From Lytechinus pictus (Eukaryota): DNA of 64,000 bases. This document shows, in pieces, positions 38,701-53,016 of the stretch. Below the pieces are notes generated by a model, which did no database searches, was not told where the DNA came from, and saw nothing but the letters and a program-made list of their open reading frames with translations. Both the position numbers and the translations under genes were made by a program. Each line of letters begins with the position of its first letter. Position 1 is the stretch's first letter. The stretch covers positions 11,224,001 to 11,288,000 of the forward strand of contig NC_087251.1 in assembly GCF_037042905.1 (NCBI RefSeq), given 5' to 3'.

Positions 38701-38949
38701 GTAGCAACTAGCAACAATAATAAATTGATATACTTTCTTTAAAAAAGGGGGGTAAATTTTAGCGATTCATGACAGAGTTGTCATCTTTATGGTGTTTTTT
38801 TTACAACGTCAAAACGACATTTCTTCCATTCAGTATTTAATCCAACTATCATCGAAATATTTGTGTCACCTTTCCACTAGAAATCAAGCTTTCTGGTAAT
38901 TTTCAGCTCGCGCTTCGCGCACACATCAATTGTTTGGTTAATATAACTT

Positions 38950-40185
38950 GGCTGTATGTCATCACCCGAAGTTCTGTTCATCTTGTCTGTCTGTCTTCAC
39001 CCGACGTTCTGTTCACCTTGTCTGTCTGTCTGTTATCACTCGACGTTCCGTTCATCTTGACTTACTGTCTTCACTCGACGTTCTGTTCATCTTGACTTTC
39101 TGTCATCCCTCGACGTTCTGTTCATCTTGTCTATCATCACTCGACGTTCTGGGCAGCTTAACCGTCTGTCATCACTCGACGTTCTGTTCATCTTGTCTGT
39201 CTGTCTGTCTTCACCCGACGTTCTGTTCATCTTGTCTGTCTGTCTGTCATCACTCGACGTTCTGTTCATCTTGTCTGACTGTCTGTCTTCACACGACGTT
39301 CTGTTCATCTTGTCTGTCTGTCTGTTATCACTCGACGTTCTGTTCATCTTGACGGTCTTCACTCGACGTTCTGGGCAGCTTGACCGTCTGTCATCACTCG
39401 ACGTTCTGGGCAGCTTTGACTTTCTGTCATCACTCGATGTTCTGGGCAGCTTAACCGTCTGTCATCACTCGACGTTCTGTTCATCTTGTCTGTCTGTCTG
39501 TCTTCACCCGACGTTCTGTTCATCTTGTCTGTCTGTCTGTCTGTCTTCACCCGACGTTCTGTCCATCTTGTCTGTCTGTCTGTCTTCACCCGATGTTCTG
39601 TTCATCTTGTCTGTCTGTCTGTTATCACTCGACGTTCCGTTCATCTTGACTTACTGTCATCACTCGACGTTCTGTTCATCTTGTCTGTCTTCACTCGACG
39701 TTCTGTTCATCTTGTCTGTCTTCACCCGACGTTCTGTTCATTATGTCTGTCTGTCTGTCTTCACCCGACGTTCTGTTCATCTTTTCTGTCTGTCTGTCTT
39801 CACCCGACGTTCTGTTCATCTTGTCTGTCTGTCTGTTATCACTCGACGTTCCGTTCATCTTGACTTACTGTCTTCACTCGACGTTCTGTTCATCGTGTCT
39901 GTCTTCACTCGACGTTCTGTTCATCTTGTCTGTCTGTCTGATATCACTCGACGTTCCGTTCATCTTGACTTACTGTCATCACTCGACGTTCTGTTCATCT
40001 TGTCTGTCTTCACTCGACGTTCTGGGCAGCTTGACCGTCTGTCATCACTCGACGTTCTGGGCAGCTTGACCGTCTGTCATCACTCGACGGTCTTTTCATC
40101 TTGTCTGTCTGTCATCACTCGACGTTCTGTTCATCTTGTCTGTCTGTCATCACTCGACGTTCTGGGCAACTTGTCTGTCTGTCAT
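38950..40185. repeat. Modular minisatellite, ~30-45-bp units
   Basis: Core TCAC(T/C)CGACGTTCT followed by GTTCATCTTG(TCTG)n or GGGCAGCTTGACCGTCTG; roughly 30-35 units. Confidence 0.95.
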
Positions 40186-40581
40186 CTTTCATCAGATCAT
40201 CTACTCTGCTTCAAGTCGAATTTCTTTTTTTGTCATCACTTATCTAATGAAAAGAAATCTAGTAACCGTTTTGATGAACTATGTTGGCATATGGCTTATT
40301 ACCCTCTGTCACTATCGTGGCGTTGTTGTTGTTTTTTCTTTCTTTTCGTTTTTAATCTAGTTGATGATATTTTTAAGTAATATTTATTCTGTTTGAAAAC
40401 CTTTTTATTATTCGATAATCAGTTACACAATTTTATAATATTTGTTTCATATTAGGGTGATATTGCACATTATAGATATCCTAAAGTCATTTTAAGACAT
40501 TTAATGAGCAACTCTATATACTTCTTTTACATGTATCTGTTCTTATACTTTCGCTAAAACATACGTAGTCCTTTTTCAGCT

Positions 40582-42230
40582 ATGGGAATAAAATATCCAT
40601 GCGTTTGTTGTGGTAGGCCAGTAAAAAGAAACCAAAAATCCCTCGGCTTGCATGAACAAATTGCGGGGCATGGTTTCATATTAAAGGTGATAACATTCCA
40701 CTATGTAAATAATGATCCACTATAAGGATTTGTGGATTGGCAATGCCGTAGATGTTTGTTGCAGACCTTACCATTTTGGGACAATATTAATGTTGATAAT
40801 GATGAGTTATCGAAGTATTCGGGGAATAGTATTTGTAACGACCATAATACAACATGTGATGACTTTCCACATGAAAAGGGAATTAAAATAGCACATACTA
40901 ATATCAGAAGCCTACGATACAAGGTGATCGACGTTCAGCATTTCTAGGGCAATCAATTGCTATGATTTTTTCAGCATATTTGAAACATGGTTAAATGACG
41001 ACATATGTTGGAATTGATTGAATACCCGCGTATAATTTATGGGTAAACACAGAGTGTCAGCTGAAGGGGGAGGAGTTGGTTGCTAAATACATCAAAAATA
41101 ATACATCTCACGTAAGACGAGGAGATTTAGAATATGTGATGAGATTGAACTGATGTGGTTAGAAATAAAGGCACCAAAGCAGTTCTATTTTTGTTGGAGT
41201 ACAAAAGACTAAAATTATAATTTTCGGTAATAAACGTAAATTACAAAATAAAACAATCAAATGAAATTGTAGAATACAACTTTGGAGCATGTTGATAATA
41301 TGAAATACCTACAGGAATCATTTTTTTAATCCCAATTAAGCTATCTTTGCATATACAATACATCTCATGTAAAATATCACGTTCTATTGCTTGCATAAGA
41401 AGAATTAAACATGTGATCAACAGAAATCAATTGAAACAGTGATTCTTTGCACTCATATTATCATATATTAACTATTGTTGTACAGCGTGGGGAGATTGTT
41501 CTAAAACTAATATATCCCGATTACAGAAATTGCAGAATAGATATGGTCGCTTGGTTTTGAATACAGACTACTCGAATTCACAATGTTCTTTGTTAACTAC
41601 ACTCGACTGGCAATCTGTTGAAAAGATGATTAAATACAAACAATGTATTCTATAGTGTACAAAATTTTGAATGATTCTGCACCAAAATACTTGAAACCAT
41701 TATCTGTCATACGACCCATTGTTTATAATACTAGACATTCCGCCCAAAATCGTCTACAAATACCATACCCTAAATCTTTATTTAAAAAAAAGATCATTCA
41801 CTGCAACTTCTATATTCAATAAATTACCATTGTCCGTACAAAACTCTAAGTCCCTTAATAACTTCAAAAAGCTTTGCAAAACTTTTACTTTCATGCTCTA
41901 ACTTTGCAACCTGGCCCAGTTTGGGAGGGGGTACCATGCACATGCAGCCGCTCTTAATCATGGTTTATGTTACTTTATGTTTAAGTTTTTCAATATGTTT
42001 TCATATTTTGATTTATGTTATGTTCTTTCATCATATTCATTTGTTGTTATCTATTCATTTGCCATGTTTATGTTCTGCTCTTTATTTTGTCATGTTTATG
42101 TTCTTTTTATTAGTGGGGGGGGGGGGGGGTTCGTTGCAGCTTTTTAACTGAACCGGACTATCCTCCATTGTTTTTATCGATTATGTAAAATAAAACATGA
42201 ATAAATAATAATAATAGATAAATAATAAAT
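40582..42230 (+). mobile_element. Decayed CR1/L2-group LINE (PHD-like finger, APE endonuclease start, internal deletion, ORF2 tail, (AATA)n end)
   Basis: YPCVCCGRPVKRNQK, DWQCRRC, GIKIAHTNIRSL, ETWL, GGGVG, then YCCTAWG...LQKLQNRYGRL; many stops and frameshifts. Confidence 0.8.
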
Positions 42231-42679
42231 CGAGTCAGTTGTCTAATTTGCATGATCTAACAACTTTGTCGATATGTAATCATTCTTGTCTGTTTAAGGT
42301 TTCCGGTTCTTCCTTATTGATCCCCGGTTACTGTTAACATATTCATACCACTTGCTTTGTCTTTATACGCACTGACAATGCAAGATCGATGAAGAACAAT
42401 GCCCATATCATGCCTCGCCTAACAAAATACCCCAGCCCACAGCAAGGTGGACACTCATGATGGACATATGACATGACAACAAACGTTCTTATATTCGTTC
42501 AAAATATATCTCATATACACCATGGCACCTCTATTTTACCTCGTTTAAATGAATGTACATTATGTTTCCTTGAATATTTGAATGCTCATAGTTTGAGCAA
42601 ATGATGTATTTTAAAAGTTTTAGAAGTTTTCATTGATCATAAATGAATGACCATTTTTTCAAACATGAGTGAATGATAT

Positions 42680-43009
42680 GTCTCCCTTAAGTTGCAGTAA
42701 TGAATATCTAATGCACTAAATCAGTTGTCAATCAATTTTTTTAGTTCGTAGAGGAAAAATTGAATTTTAAATCGTAATTTAATAAAGTAAAATACAAAAA
42801 GAACAAGTGGGGATATGACATCATCAGTTTGCTCATTAAATATTCATGAAGACATGCCTACAACTATTTTAAACGGAATAATGCAAATCTTTAAAATGCC
42901 ATAACTTTGTTATTCTTCGTCTGATTTTGATGAGATTTTCAGTGTTTCGATTTTCTGATTTCTTTTTTTATATTTTTAAACCATATTATTTTCAGCCTGG
43001 AGTACCCCT
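42680..43009. mobile_element. Right half of a Kolobok-type MITE
   Basis: Colinear with 26945-27260; ends CAGCCTGGAGTACCCCT|ttaa. Confidence 0.7.
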
Positions 43010-45099
43010 TTAATAAGTCGATACCATCAATCGTGAACTGAACGTCACGGAAGATCTATATGAAATCATGACAATGAGTGAAGAATATAGAATTTTTCAA
43101 TTGCCCATGTTTTGATTAATATCAAATATGACTTAATGGCAGATGAATAGAATTAAAGATATGGCCTGCACATTTCGGTAAATACTAAACAGTGAATTTG
43201 CCATACTGTCCAGTATTTTTTTGTTTCTCAATTCGTAAAATTGCCTTGGTATCTGATCGAACTGCAACTTGTAGGGGATCTTTTTCATCTCGGCTAATTG
43301 CCAAAGGTCACGCTGTCTAGACACTGTAAGATTTTGATAAGGGTATTGGTATATAGAGGTGAGATCTAATAACAAAACTGCTAAAACAAAACTTTTCCCC
43401 AATATTGGCTGAAGAGTTGATATGCATGTTTGTTGGGTAAATCTATGTTATGAGCATTGCCCAATTTTGCGCTAGAATTTACACACAAAACAATTGTTTT
43501 CTCTCTTAAGAAAAAGGACAAAATAACCGATGAGTTTTTCGGTGAATATATGCGCATGTATCCGACCAAAAGAAAGTATAATAAAAACAAATGACAATTA
43601 CTTATATGCAAACTCACCTGCGAAATGCAGTAAACAAGAAGCGGCTAACAAAAGACATATCATGGTGGTTTTAGCATCAAACGATCCCAAATATGCCATA
43701 CTGTTCCTGCCAGGGCAGTGATGTCAGAGAGCGGAGAGCGACGTGACTGGATTCCCCATCGACCGACTGCCACACTGAAGCTGAAATTCAATTTCCCTCC
43801 CCACCCAGCTTACTTCAGACTTTCCACCAAATTGATGAGAACCCAAGAATGATGTCATCTGTTTATCTCAACAGTTCTTGTCGTTGTTGTCGTCGGTTGA
43901 AATTGGTCTAAGGTTATATTAGCTGTGTGAACTATGCACTCGGTGCCTCTTGGAATACCCAAGTTTATATGTTATAATCATGATACTCCACCGGCTGATA
44001 AAAGTGGTTTAAGCACACCGTAGACATGGTAGATGTGATGGGGTGAGGGTATTATTAAAGGTACTGGGATTGGGACGAGATTCATTGTGGAGTGGTGTTT
44101 CCATGGCAGCAATCCATTTGACTGTATTTTACAATAATGTTTGACTTATCGCAGGCATATACTATACGTCAGTATGTTTCTAAAGTCAAAATTGACGAGA
44201 GAAAATGGCCAGAGTTCAGGTACAAAGTGAAAGTTAAACAAGATGATAATTAGTTTTAAACTTTGATCATTCCACTATCGAAGAAGTTCGGTGTGATTTC
44301 CTTCATGTCTGTTCTTTAAGACAGGATTTTTCCCCACTTCATATTTGAATTCATGTTTTCCATTGCTATTATTTTTTCTATCCGCATGAATCAATAATCA
44401 CAACCGGAGCATGCAGTAGGTGTATTTTACCATGGACCTTATACAAATTCGAAAGCGAACACTGTTTGACATGCATGCATGTATACAAGCAGTGAATATA
44501 CATCAATAAGGGTAAAGAAATGTCTTGACAAAGAAAAATGGTGTAACCTAAACTGTAGGTTGGCATATGGTATTTTGAAGGGGCCGCAGAACTGGTTTTT
44601 AAAAATGGGGGGGGGGGGGGTGGACAACAAATAGATGGAAACTCATGGGGCTTCATGTGATACCGTTACTGTCATATTTCTGTATCTATTTGAGTAACAT
44701 ATTTTACTCAATAATATCTAATATGATAGTCATATCATCATGGAAACATGATACAAGTTTGGCTTGTATTAATGTATTATCTTAAATAATCCACGTATTG
44801 AAGTAATAAACGATATCAAATTCATTGAGCGAAAAAACCGACTTGTTAATGCATTTGTTGTCATTCAATAAGATTTTATTACCTCCAGATTTTTTGTTTT
44901 TTAGGGGGGCTCCCTCCCCCCCCCCCCCTTCATTATAAATAACGATCGTCTTTATCCCTAAGGAACGGTCAACATGGTCAATGGTAAAGCTCGGTTGAAT
45001 AATCTGTCAAAAAAAGTTTTTAAAAATATATGCCCCGAGTATATCTGAACCCACGAGAGTTATGCCTAACAATCACTTGTTGATACGTAATATTTACTG

Positions 45100-45925
45100 T
45101 CATTAAAGGTAAATATCAACCTCTCTCTCCAAAGATAAGCAAATTTCGCAAGTTCAAACATTTTTATTTTTACACACATTTAAAGAAGATATGAGCAAAA
45201 TTGACCGGAATTAATTTTATTCATCTGGTCAGGATGTAGAAAAATTATGGAGTTTTAATCAGAAGTACTCTGTTGGAAATTTGTGATAGACATGCCCCAT
45301 TTATATCAGTGCGTCTTAAGCAAAGAGGTGTACCATGGATTAATGATGACTATCTGAATCTAGCACGAGAAACGTGGAGGAACGTATCAAATATCAATAT
45401 TATGTTCTTGCTTTCAAAATACAAAACGATTTAGCCACAGCCTATCTGGGACCACTTATCTGCAAACGTAATGTAACTTATAAAACACGATATTCTAAAC
45501 AACGTCCCCTTCAAATACCATTATAAAAGAAAATCTTTTGAATATGTTGCTGCCGTCTTATTTAATTCGCTCCGTTGTGATATACAAAAATGCACGTCCC
45601 TCCATTATTAAAAAAACACTGTAAATCATAAAAATTCTGACTGTCATACATGTAATTAAATTGAATAACTTGATGTTGATGTAATGATTCCATGATAATT
45701 GTTGATTCACTCTATCTATATAATGTATGCTGTTTTTACTTTATTATGTTACATACATTGAATTGTTATGATGTTGAGTTATTTGTTAAACTGCAGCTAG
45801 GCGCCTTTGGAAAGCAGTTTTGCATACCTAAACAGGCCTACCCTGCAGTATCAAATAAAGAAAATCAATAAATAGATAAATGAATAAATATATAAATAAA
45901 TAGATGACTGAATAAATAAATAAAT
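45100..45925 (+). mobile_element. Decayed, internally deleted LINE remnant with (AATA)n tail
   Basis: LEICDRHAP...GVPWIN linker-type motif, LFNSL tail, AAATAAAT repeats at 45855-45925. Confidence 0.55.
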
Positions 45926-45929
45926 ATAG

Positions 45930-47521
45930 TTTTTGTCTCACCTGCATAGCAGAGTGAGACTATTGGCTCCGCTTTTCCGACGGCGGTGGCGGCGTCAACA
46001 CCAAATCTTAACCGAAGGTTAAGTTTTTGAAATGACATCATAACTTATAAAGTGTATGGACCTGGTTCATGACACTTGGACATAAGGTTAATCAAGTATT
46101 ACTGAACATCCTGCATGAGTTTCACGTCACATGACCAAGGTCAAAGGTCATTTAGGGTCAATGAACTTTGGCCAAATTGGGGGTATCTGTTGAATTACCA
46201 TCATAACTTTGAAAGTTTATGGATCTGATTCCTGAAACTTGGACATAATAGTAATCAAGTATCACTGAACATCCTGTGTGCATTTCAGGTCACATGACCA
46301 AGGTCAAAGTTCAATGAACTTTGGCCAAATTGGGGGTATTTGTTGAATTACCATCATAACTTTGAAAGTATATTGGTCTAGTTCATAAAACCTGGACATA
46401 AGAGTAATCAAGTATCACTGAACATCCTGTGCAAGTTTCAGGTCACATGATTAAGGTCAACGGTCATATAGGGTCAATGAACTTTGGCCAAATTGGGGTA
46501 TTTGTTGAATTACCATCATAACTTTGAAAGTATATTGGTCTAGTTCATAAAACTTGGACATAAGAGTAATCAAGTATCACTGAACATCCTGTGTGCATTT
46601 CAGGTCACATGACCAAGGTCAAAGTTCAATGAACTTTGGCCAAATTGGGGGTATTTGTTGAATTACCATCATAACTTTGAAAGTATATTGGTCTAGTTCA
46701 TAAAACCTGGACATAAGAGTAATCAAGTATCACTGAATATCCTGTGCAAGTTTCAGGTCACATGATTAAGGTCAACGGTCATATAGGGTCAATGAACTTT
46801 GGCCAAATTGGGGGTATTTGTTGAATTACCATCATAACTTTGAAAGTATATTGGTCTAGTTCATAAAACTTGGACATAAGAGTAATCAAGTATCACTGAA
46901 CATCCTGTGTGCATTTCAGGTCACATGACCAAGGTCAAAGGTCAATGAACTTTGGCCGTAAAGGGGGTATCTGTTGAATTACCATCATAACTTTGAAAGT
47001 TTATGGATCTGACTCATGAAACTTGGATATAAGAGTAATCAAGTATCACTGAACATCCTGTGCGAGTTTCAGGTCACATGACCAAGGTCAAAGGTCAATG
47101 GATATTGGCCATGTTGGGGATATTTGTTGAATTGCCATCATAACTCTGTAAGTATATTGGTCTAGTTCATAAAACTTGGACATAAGAGTAGTCAAGTATC
47201 ACTGAACATCTCATGCGAGTTTCAGGTCACATGACCAAAGTCAAAGGTCATTTAAGGTCATTGAACTTTGGCCATTTTAGAGGTAATTATTAGATTGCTG
47301 TCATTACTTTCAAAGTTTATAGATATAGTGTATAACATGTGGATATAGGGGTAATCATGTATCACTGACAAGTTTTAGGTCACATGATCAAGGTCCAATG
47401 TCAATGAACGTAGTATTGTATCATTATATGAATGGTGTTTTTTGTGAATAATTATTTAAATTGTGTTTTTTAAAGTCAGCACTGCTGATGCAGGTGAGAC
47501 CGCCAGAGGCATTCCACTTGT
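45930..47521 (+). mobile_element. Full-length HINE/Helentron non-autonomous element with ~9-unit internal tandem array
   Basis: 5' TTTTT-GTCTCACCTGCAT subTIR, (GGC)n, 153/162-bp units, 3' subTIR ATGCAGGTGAGAC, GCC..GGC hairpin, CCACTTG-T; no TSD. Confidence 0.85.
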
Positions 47522-48730
47522 CTATCAGTTTGAATCTGTTCCACATGACAATTCACTTCTTTGGTGATTCAAGCTCTCCGTCGTAACAGAGTAAGTTACA
47601 ATACATGACGATATTCAATATTTCATGCCTGGTTCCAATAAGTAATTTGACCCCCCCCCCAAAAAAAAAAAATGTCATACGATGTACAAAAGCAGTAGGG
47701 AATTTGTAACATTTTCCCATCGATAGACTCGGTCTTTGGATATTGTTATGCATCGACAGTTTACTTTAAAAGCTATCACTTCTCAGGGAAGGCTGTATCA
47801 ATTTTTTTATTTTTTTATTTTGCTGTTACCCTCAAAATCTAAATTCAGGGGAGTAGCCGGGGGGCGGTGTGGGCGGTCACCCAAACCCCCTTAAAAATCC
47901 CCCCCCCCCAAAAAAAAGGAAAAGGGGTGAAAAGGTAAAAAATGTGAAGGGAGAAAAAATAATAAGGGTTTAGCTTTATTGGTTTTCTTCTTTATTTTTT
48001 TTTCTCAAAAGAATAAAAACCTGAACGAGACGTATTCTCTCTCTTAATTCATACAAAAAAAGTTTTGCTTACGCGCTCTGGTAAAATTACAAAATTGTCT
48101 TTCCCTGTTCTTAATTACACCCCTTTTCTACCCCGTTTTCCCCTCCCCAGTTATTTTACCGTACAGTATAAAAGTATACATTCGCGTACAGAATTACGTA
48201 GAAGCGGGTGTGTAAAGTATGAAAAGTTATCTTATTTATTTCAAATTGATGATTTGTGAGGTAAAGATAATTATGGCTATTTGATTTCCGCGCTACCGAT
48301 CGGAGCGGGTAAACACCGTCACTCCCCATATGCTATTTCTTCCTCTATTTAGCAAGCAATTTTTGGCAGGTATCTGCTCGTAGGGGCAGGCATTAAATTT
48401 ATACCATGCATGCTACATACAAAAATAATATATGCGATGAAACTTTATTCTATATCCCTGTACACCATCCCCTGTCTTGTTTGCGCCCTCAATTCACGTA
48501 ATTTTAAATTTTGAATTGGAAGCACCATTATGAGCAAAATTATATATATATATACTGTTCGGTTTGTTGGGTTTTTTTTAAATATAAATCACAGAGAATT
48601 CCAAGCTTCGCGTGAGCCTGAAGCGCTTAACCATTGTGTACTCTGTTTTCTTCGTAATCAAGAGATACAATATCAGAAAAATCACTTGAATTAGACCAGG
48701 TGAAGGTGAAATTTCAGAACTTCAACGCTT

Positions 48731-51700
48731 TAGTCAAGTAACACCCCAACATAACCGTCAAGTTGGGTATGGCTACGATTTTTTTTGCTGGAAGTTGTAG
48801 TATAGAGTGTCTACTCCAAGAATCCGACGGGTGCCACCTGGGCACCCTTGGGCATTTTTTTTTTATTGACGTCATAGGCCACGCCCACTTTTTCACATAC
48901 CTCTTATATATCATTTTCATATTTTACGGAATTAACATGTCATGTTTGGTATCAAATTAAAGTTTATGAAAAATCAAATGCAAATATATGGATTACTGTG
49001 TATTTAAATCACGCATAGGTCAGTTATAGGTCGCTTAAGGTCATAAATTGTCAAATTGCCTTACAAATATAAGTAAGACATGTAATGCGGAACATACCAT
49101 GATTTAAATATAAACAAGTTAGGTATTATATGCATTTTTTTTGCAAAGGTTAAGTTTGAGAGTGTGAATATTAAGAATCCGATGGATGCTTCCTTGGCAT
49201 CTTGAGGAATTTTATTTTTCTGACGTCATAAACCACACAAACTTTCAGTTACATTCCTCTTTAATATGACTTTTCTATTTAACGGAATAAACATATTATG
49301 TTTGAAATAACATTAAATAAAATGCAAAATAAAATCCACATAATATGAATTGCTACCCATTTAAAACGTGCCCAGGGCAATTAAAGGTCATTTAAGGTCA
49401 TAAAAGGTCAAATTGGCTCACAAATGTAAGTAATGCAGCAAATAATGTGGAATATATCATGTTTGGAATACAAACAAGTTAGGCATTATTTATGTAGGTC
49501 TATTTTTGGCTGAAAGTTATGTTGAGGATGTGCAGATTAAGAATCTGACGAAGCTCGGCTGCTTTGGCAACCTTGGGCAACGTCATTGTCTGATGATATA
49601 TTTTAATATCTAGCGTACAAAATGAAAATATCATGTTTGGTATCAAATTAAAGCTTATTGAAAATGGAATGTACATAAAGGTTACCCAAAAAATGAAGCA
49701 CATGTAAAGGTGCCCTTTAAGTCATTTACACGCATGAAATGTTGATGATTGCTCGACTTTCACAGGACTTATACAAAACGTTTAATTTATCATTTTGTAT
49801 CAAATCATTCCATGGGATTCCAAATAATCTACACCAATTTAACATCTTACACAATGTCCTGTTATATTCCTCTCACAACTACCCTCTGTACCATAATTCT
49901 TCGACCGGATGCTCATTATGATTCCCCTTCACCAACAACCTCAACTACATGCCTCTGCCAGATATGTGTTACTTTGATTCACACTTGCAGTATGAACTAT
50001 GAAATACGTGATTCGACGGCCGACCAGCAACTGCATTAATCTTTAAAAGTTGTAGAACAGGGTGACGCTGACTTGTATCGACAAGGAGGTTCTTTTAATT
50101 CCTTGGGAACAACCACTGTGTCATGAACAAGTACGGAAGGTCCAATGCCCTGTTCCACTATCTTCTGAAGATGTAATGGCAATAGATGCATGTAAAAAAA
50201 TTCTCTGACGACACTAACCTTTCTGTTCTACCAGTCTTCTCATTTTGGGCTTGCAAGTCTTTTGCATACTGATGGAAAAGTAATTGGCATTAAAGGTATT
50301 GCATTGAAGTTTAGAGGAAAATACTAGCCTTGCACGATTCCCTATCAGGTTGTAATACAATGTTGTGTCAATTTGGCAAGGGAAAGTTTTCCACTTTAAA
50401 CTTGCTGCTCGAATAATATCTTAATATATAGAGTCCGATGCTGAAGAAGTGGACTGGATGAATTAAATGTGTAATATTCATACTCTTCATCTTGCTTTAC
50501 TAATATAACAAATGTAATGGTCTCTCTAATATAATTCACATGATTTAGCAAGAAGGCAGATGCTTCAAAGATCATAGGCCTACCCCCAACTGACAAGTCA
50601 GCAAAAGAGCATGATTATCAAAGGTGCTCTTCCTCAGGAGCTTGATCAGGAGAGCAACTGATCAGAATTACTCCCCTGCAAATTGCCTCCCATGCATCGA
50701 TGGGAAGTATAAGTTAGGAGAACACTCCTGTACCTGTTCATAGCACATTAGTTACTCCCAAGGAATAATTATCAGAACTTGTTCCATGTGGATTTAAATC
50801 GGGGCCACCATGCTCTAGGGTAAGCATTTGCCTCTTATCGTGTATCGTACAGATCGTATGTAAATAACATTGTGTCATTCTAAACACAAGGAAAACTGAA
50901 CATGCAGTTGAGACTAAAGAGGGGGAAATCAGTCTGGAAGATGAATGAGAGAACAACATGATAGTGGAGTTAGGAGGATGTAAAATGTCAAATTTGTCCA
51001 ATTGGATACTTGTCTAAAATGTGAATTTGTGTTGAAGAAGTCATTTTCTGAGGTGTCTCCAACACGATTGATCTTAAACTGGAAATTGTGTGTTATACAT
51101 TATTTACTGTTACTGTATATGATTCTGTCCTTGATTATAAACTAAAAAAAAACACTGTGCAGTTTTATTTCATGTAGGAAAATTGGTGATACGATGCCAA
51201 GCTTATGTTACATGTTTTTATTAAACTCTTGTTACATTGCCTGACATCATTTGACCTACCTAAACATTACTGCACTTTTGGTGATCTTGTCTTGTATTTA
51301 ATCTCTTTTAACTTTTATAATTGCATTTTACTTGCCATAAGCTTAAATTAGTTAGCAAACACGTTAGGTTTATTCTATAAAGTGTCACTTTCTGTCATAA
51401 TCATGATAATTACTCATAGGCCATATATATGTGAAAAGTGGGCGTGGTTCGTGACGTCAGATATAAAAATTGCCAAAGGGTGAGCAGGTAGAACTCGTCA
51501 CATCCTTAATATACACACCCTCAACCAAACATGAGATATTCCACATTATATGTTGCATTTATTACGTTTGTGGCCCAGTTTGACCTTTTATAACCTTAAA
51601 ATGACCTTTAATTGTCCTGGAAAAGTTTTAAATGCCTAGTCATTCATATATATGTGGATTTTATTTTGAATTTGATTTAATTTTATATCAAACATGATGT

Positions 51701-52256
51701 TTATTCCGCTGAGAGGAATGTAAGAAAGCTGGTGTGGTTTATGACGTCACAAACTTAAAATTCCTCAAGATGCCAAAGTAGCACCGGTCGGATTCTTGAT
51801 ATGCACACCCTCAACTTAACCTTTGCCAATAGATTCACATAATATCCAACTTGATTGTATTTAAAACATAATATATTCCACATTATATGTACTTCTTACA
51901 TTTGCAAGGCAATTTGACCTGTTAAGACCTTAAATGACCTTTAACTGACCTATGCGTGATCTAATTGTCCAATGATCCATAAATGTTACATTTGATTTTT
52001 CATTAGCTTTAATTTTTTATACCAAACATGTTTATTCCTTAAAATATGAAATTCATATTTAAGAGGTATGTGAAAAAGTGGGCGTGGCCTATGACGTCAA
52101 TAACAAAAAAATGCCCAAGGGTTCCCAGGTGGCACCCGTCGGATTCTTGAAGTAGACACCCCATACCGGGCCCCATACTACAACTTCAAGCAAAAAAATC
52201 GCAGTCATACCCAACTTGACGGTCATACAATAATGTTGATCAAATCTACCCGACTA
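48731..52256 (+). mobile_element. Decayed long-TIR DNA transposon, Academ-like, with transposase remnant (~49900-50900)
   Basis: TAGTC...GACTA termini; ~0.9-1 kb imperfect inverted arms (e.g. ACCGTCAAGTTGGGTATG / CATACCCAACTTGACGGT); broken + frames give EQGDAD, GK..ALKVL, LPPTDKSAKEH, ELVPCGFKSGPPCS. Confidence 0.6.
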
Positions 52257-53016
52257 TTATGTCAAAATCTATCACAAAATAGGATTTTTGTAACAAAAAT
52301 GTCGAAATTTTTGCTCGATCACAATGAATTTTACCGTAGGCCTATATTAATCTGTATCTGGCCTCCTTAAAATCTTTGGCTCATTACATCATCGTTCTCT
52401 TTAATGTATTTTTTTAAGTTCAGAGAGGGGAGTTTGTGATCGATGTGATGAGCTAACAATTTTGAGCCGGGGCTAGACATGGCCTATGGGACATTTTTAT
52501 TTTCAAGCCAGCAAGCAAAATATTTGACCTCTTAATAAAAAAAAAAATCTAATTTTGTGATAAATTTTAACATGATTTGAATATTATATACACCTTTCCC
52601 TTTCAGTATCATTATCATTGTTAATGCTACTTTTCATCATTGATGTTGTTGTTATGAATATGATATTGATGATAGGCCTAATCATTGAAAAAAATATACA
52701 ATATGAGCCCTATAAACATTACAAGAAAAAAGAAATTGATTGTTATATACGATAATAATCACTACCATCATAAATGTTCTACCGTGCATTATTGGGAGAT
52801 GATTAAGCAGGTAATGCCCCTTTTAATTAGGGGGATATCCCTCCCCCTTGGATCGATACAACTTGGGATTTATTTCGGATAAAGGAAAATATATAAGACA
52901 ATTTGTGAATGACATAATTCGTATGTGATCTATATCCCTCGCATATTCACGCGGCGGCGACGCGGGTAATTTGGTGAAATTGGAAACTGGGACTGGTCAG
53001 GGAATCGACGCCAATC

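Noticed and set aside
38950..40185. CRISPR-like array (repeated core with variable intervening sequence)
   Set aside because: The intervening parts are a few recurring low-complexity variants, not unique spacers; no cas genes; eukaryotic context.
39127..40380. 417-aa ORF as a protein-coding gene
   Set aside because: Translation of the minisatellite, TTG start, overlapping ORFs in several frames, no domain or splice support.
43700..44130. GC-richer, exon-looking stretch
   Set aside because: Frames I translated close quickly and give no recognisable motif or phase-compatible link to neighbouring genes.
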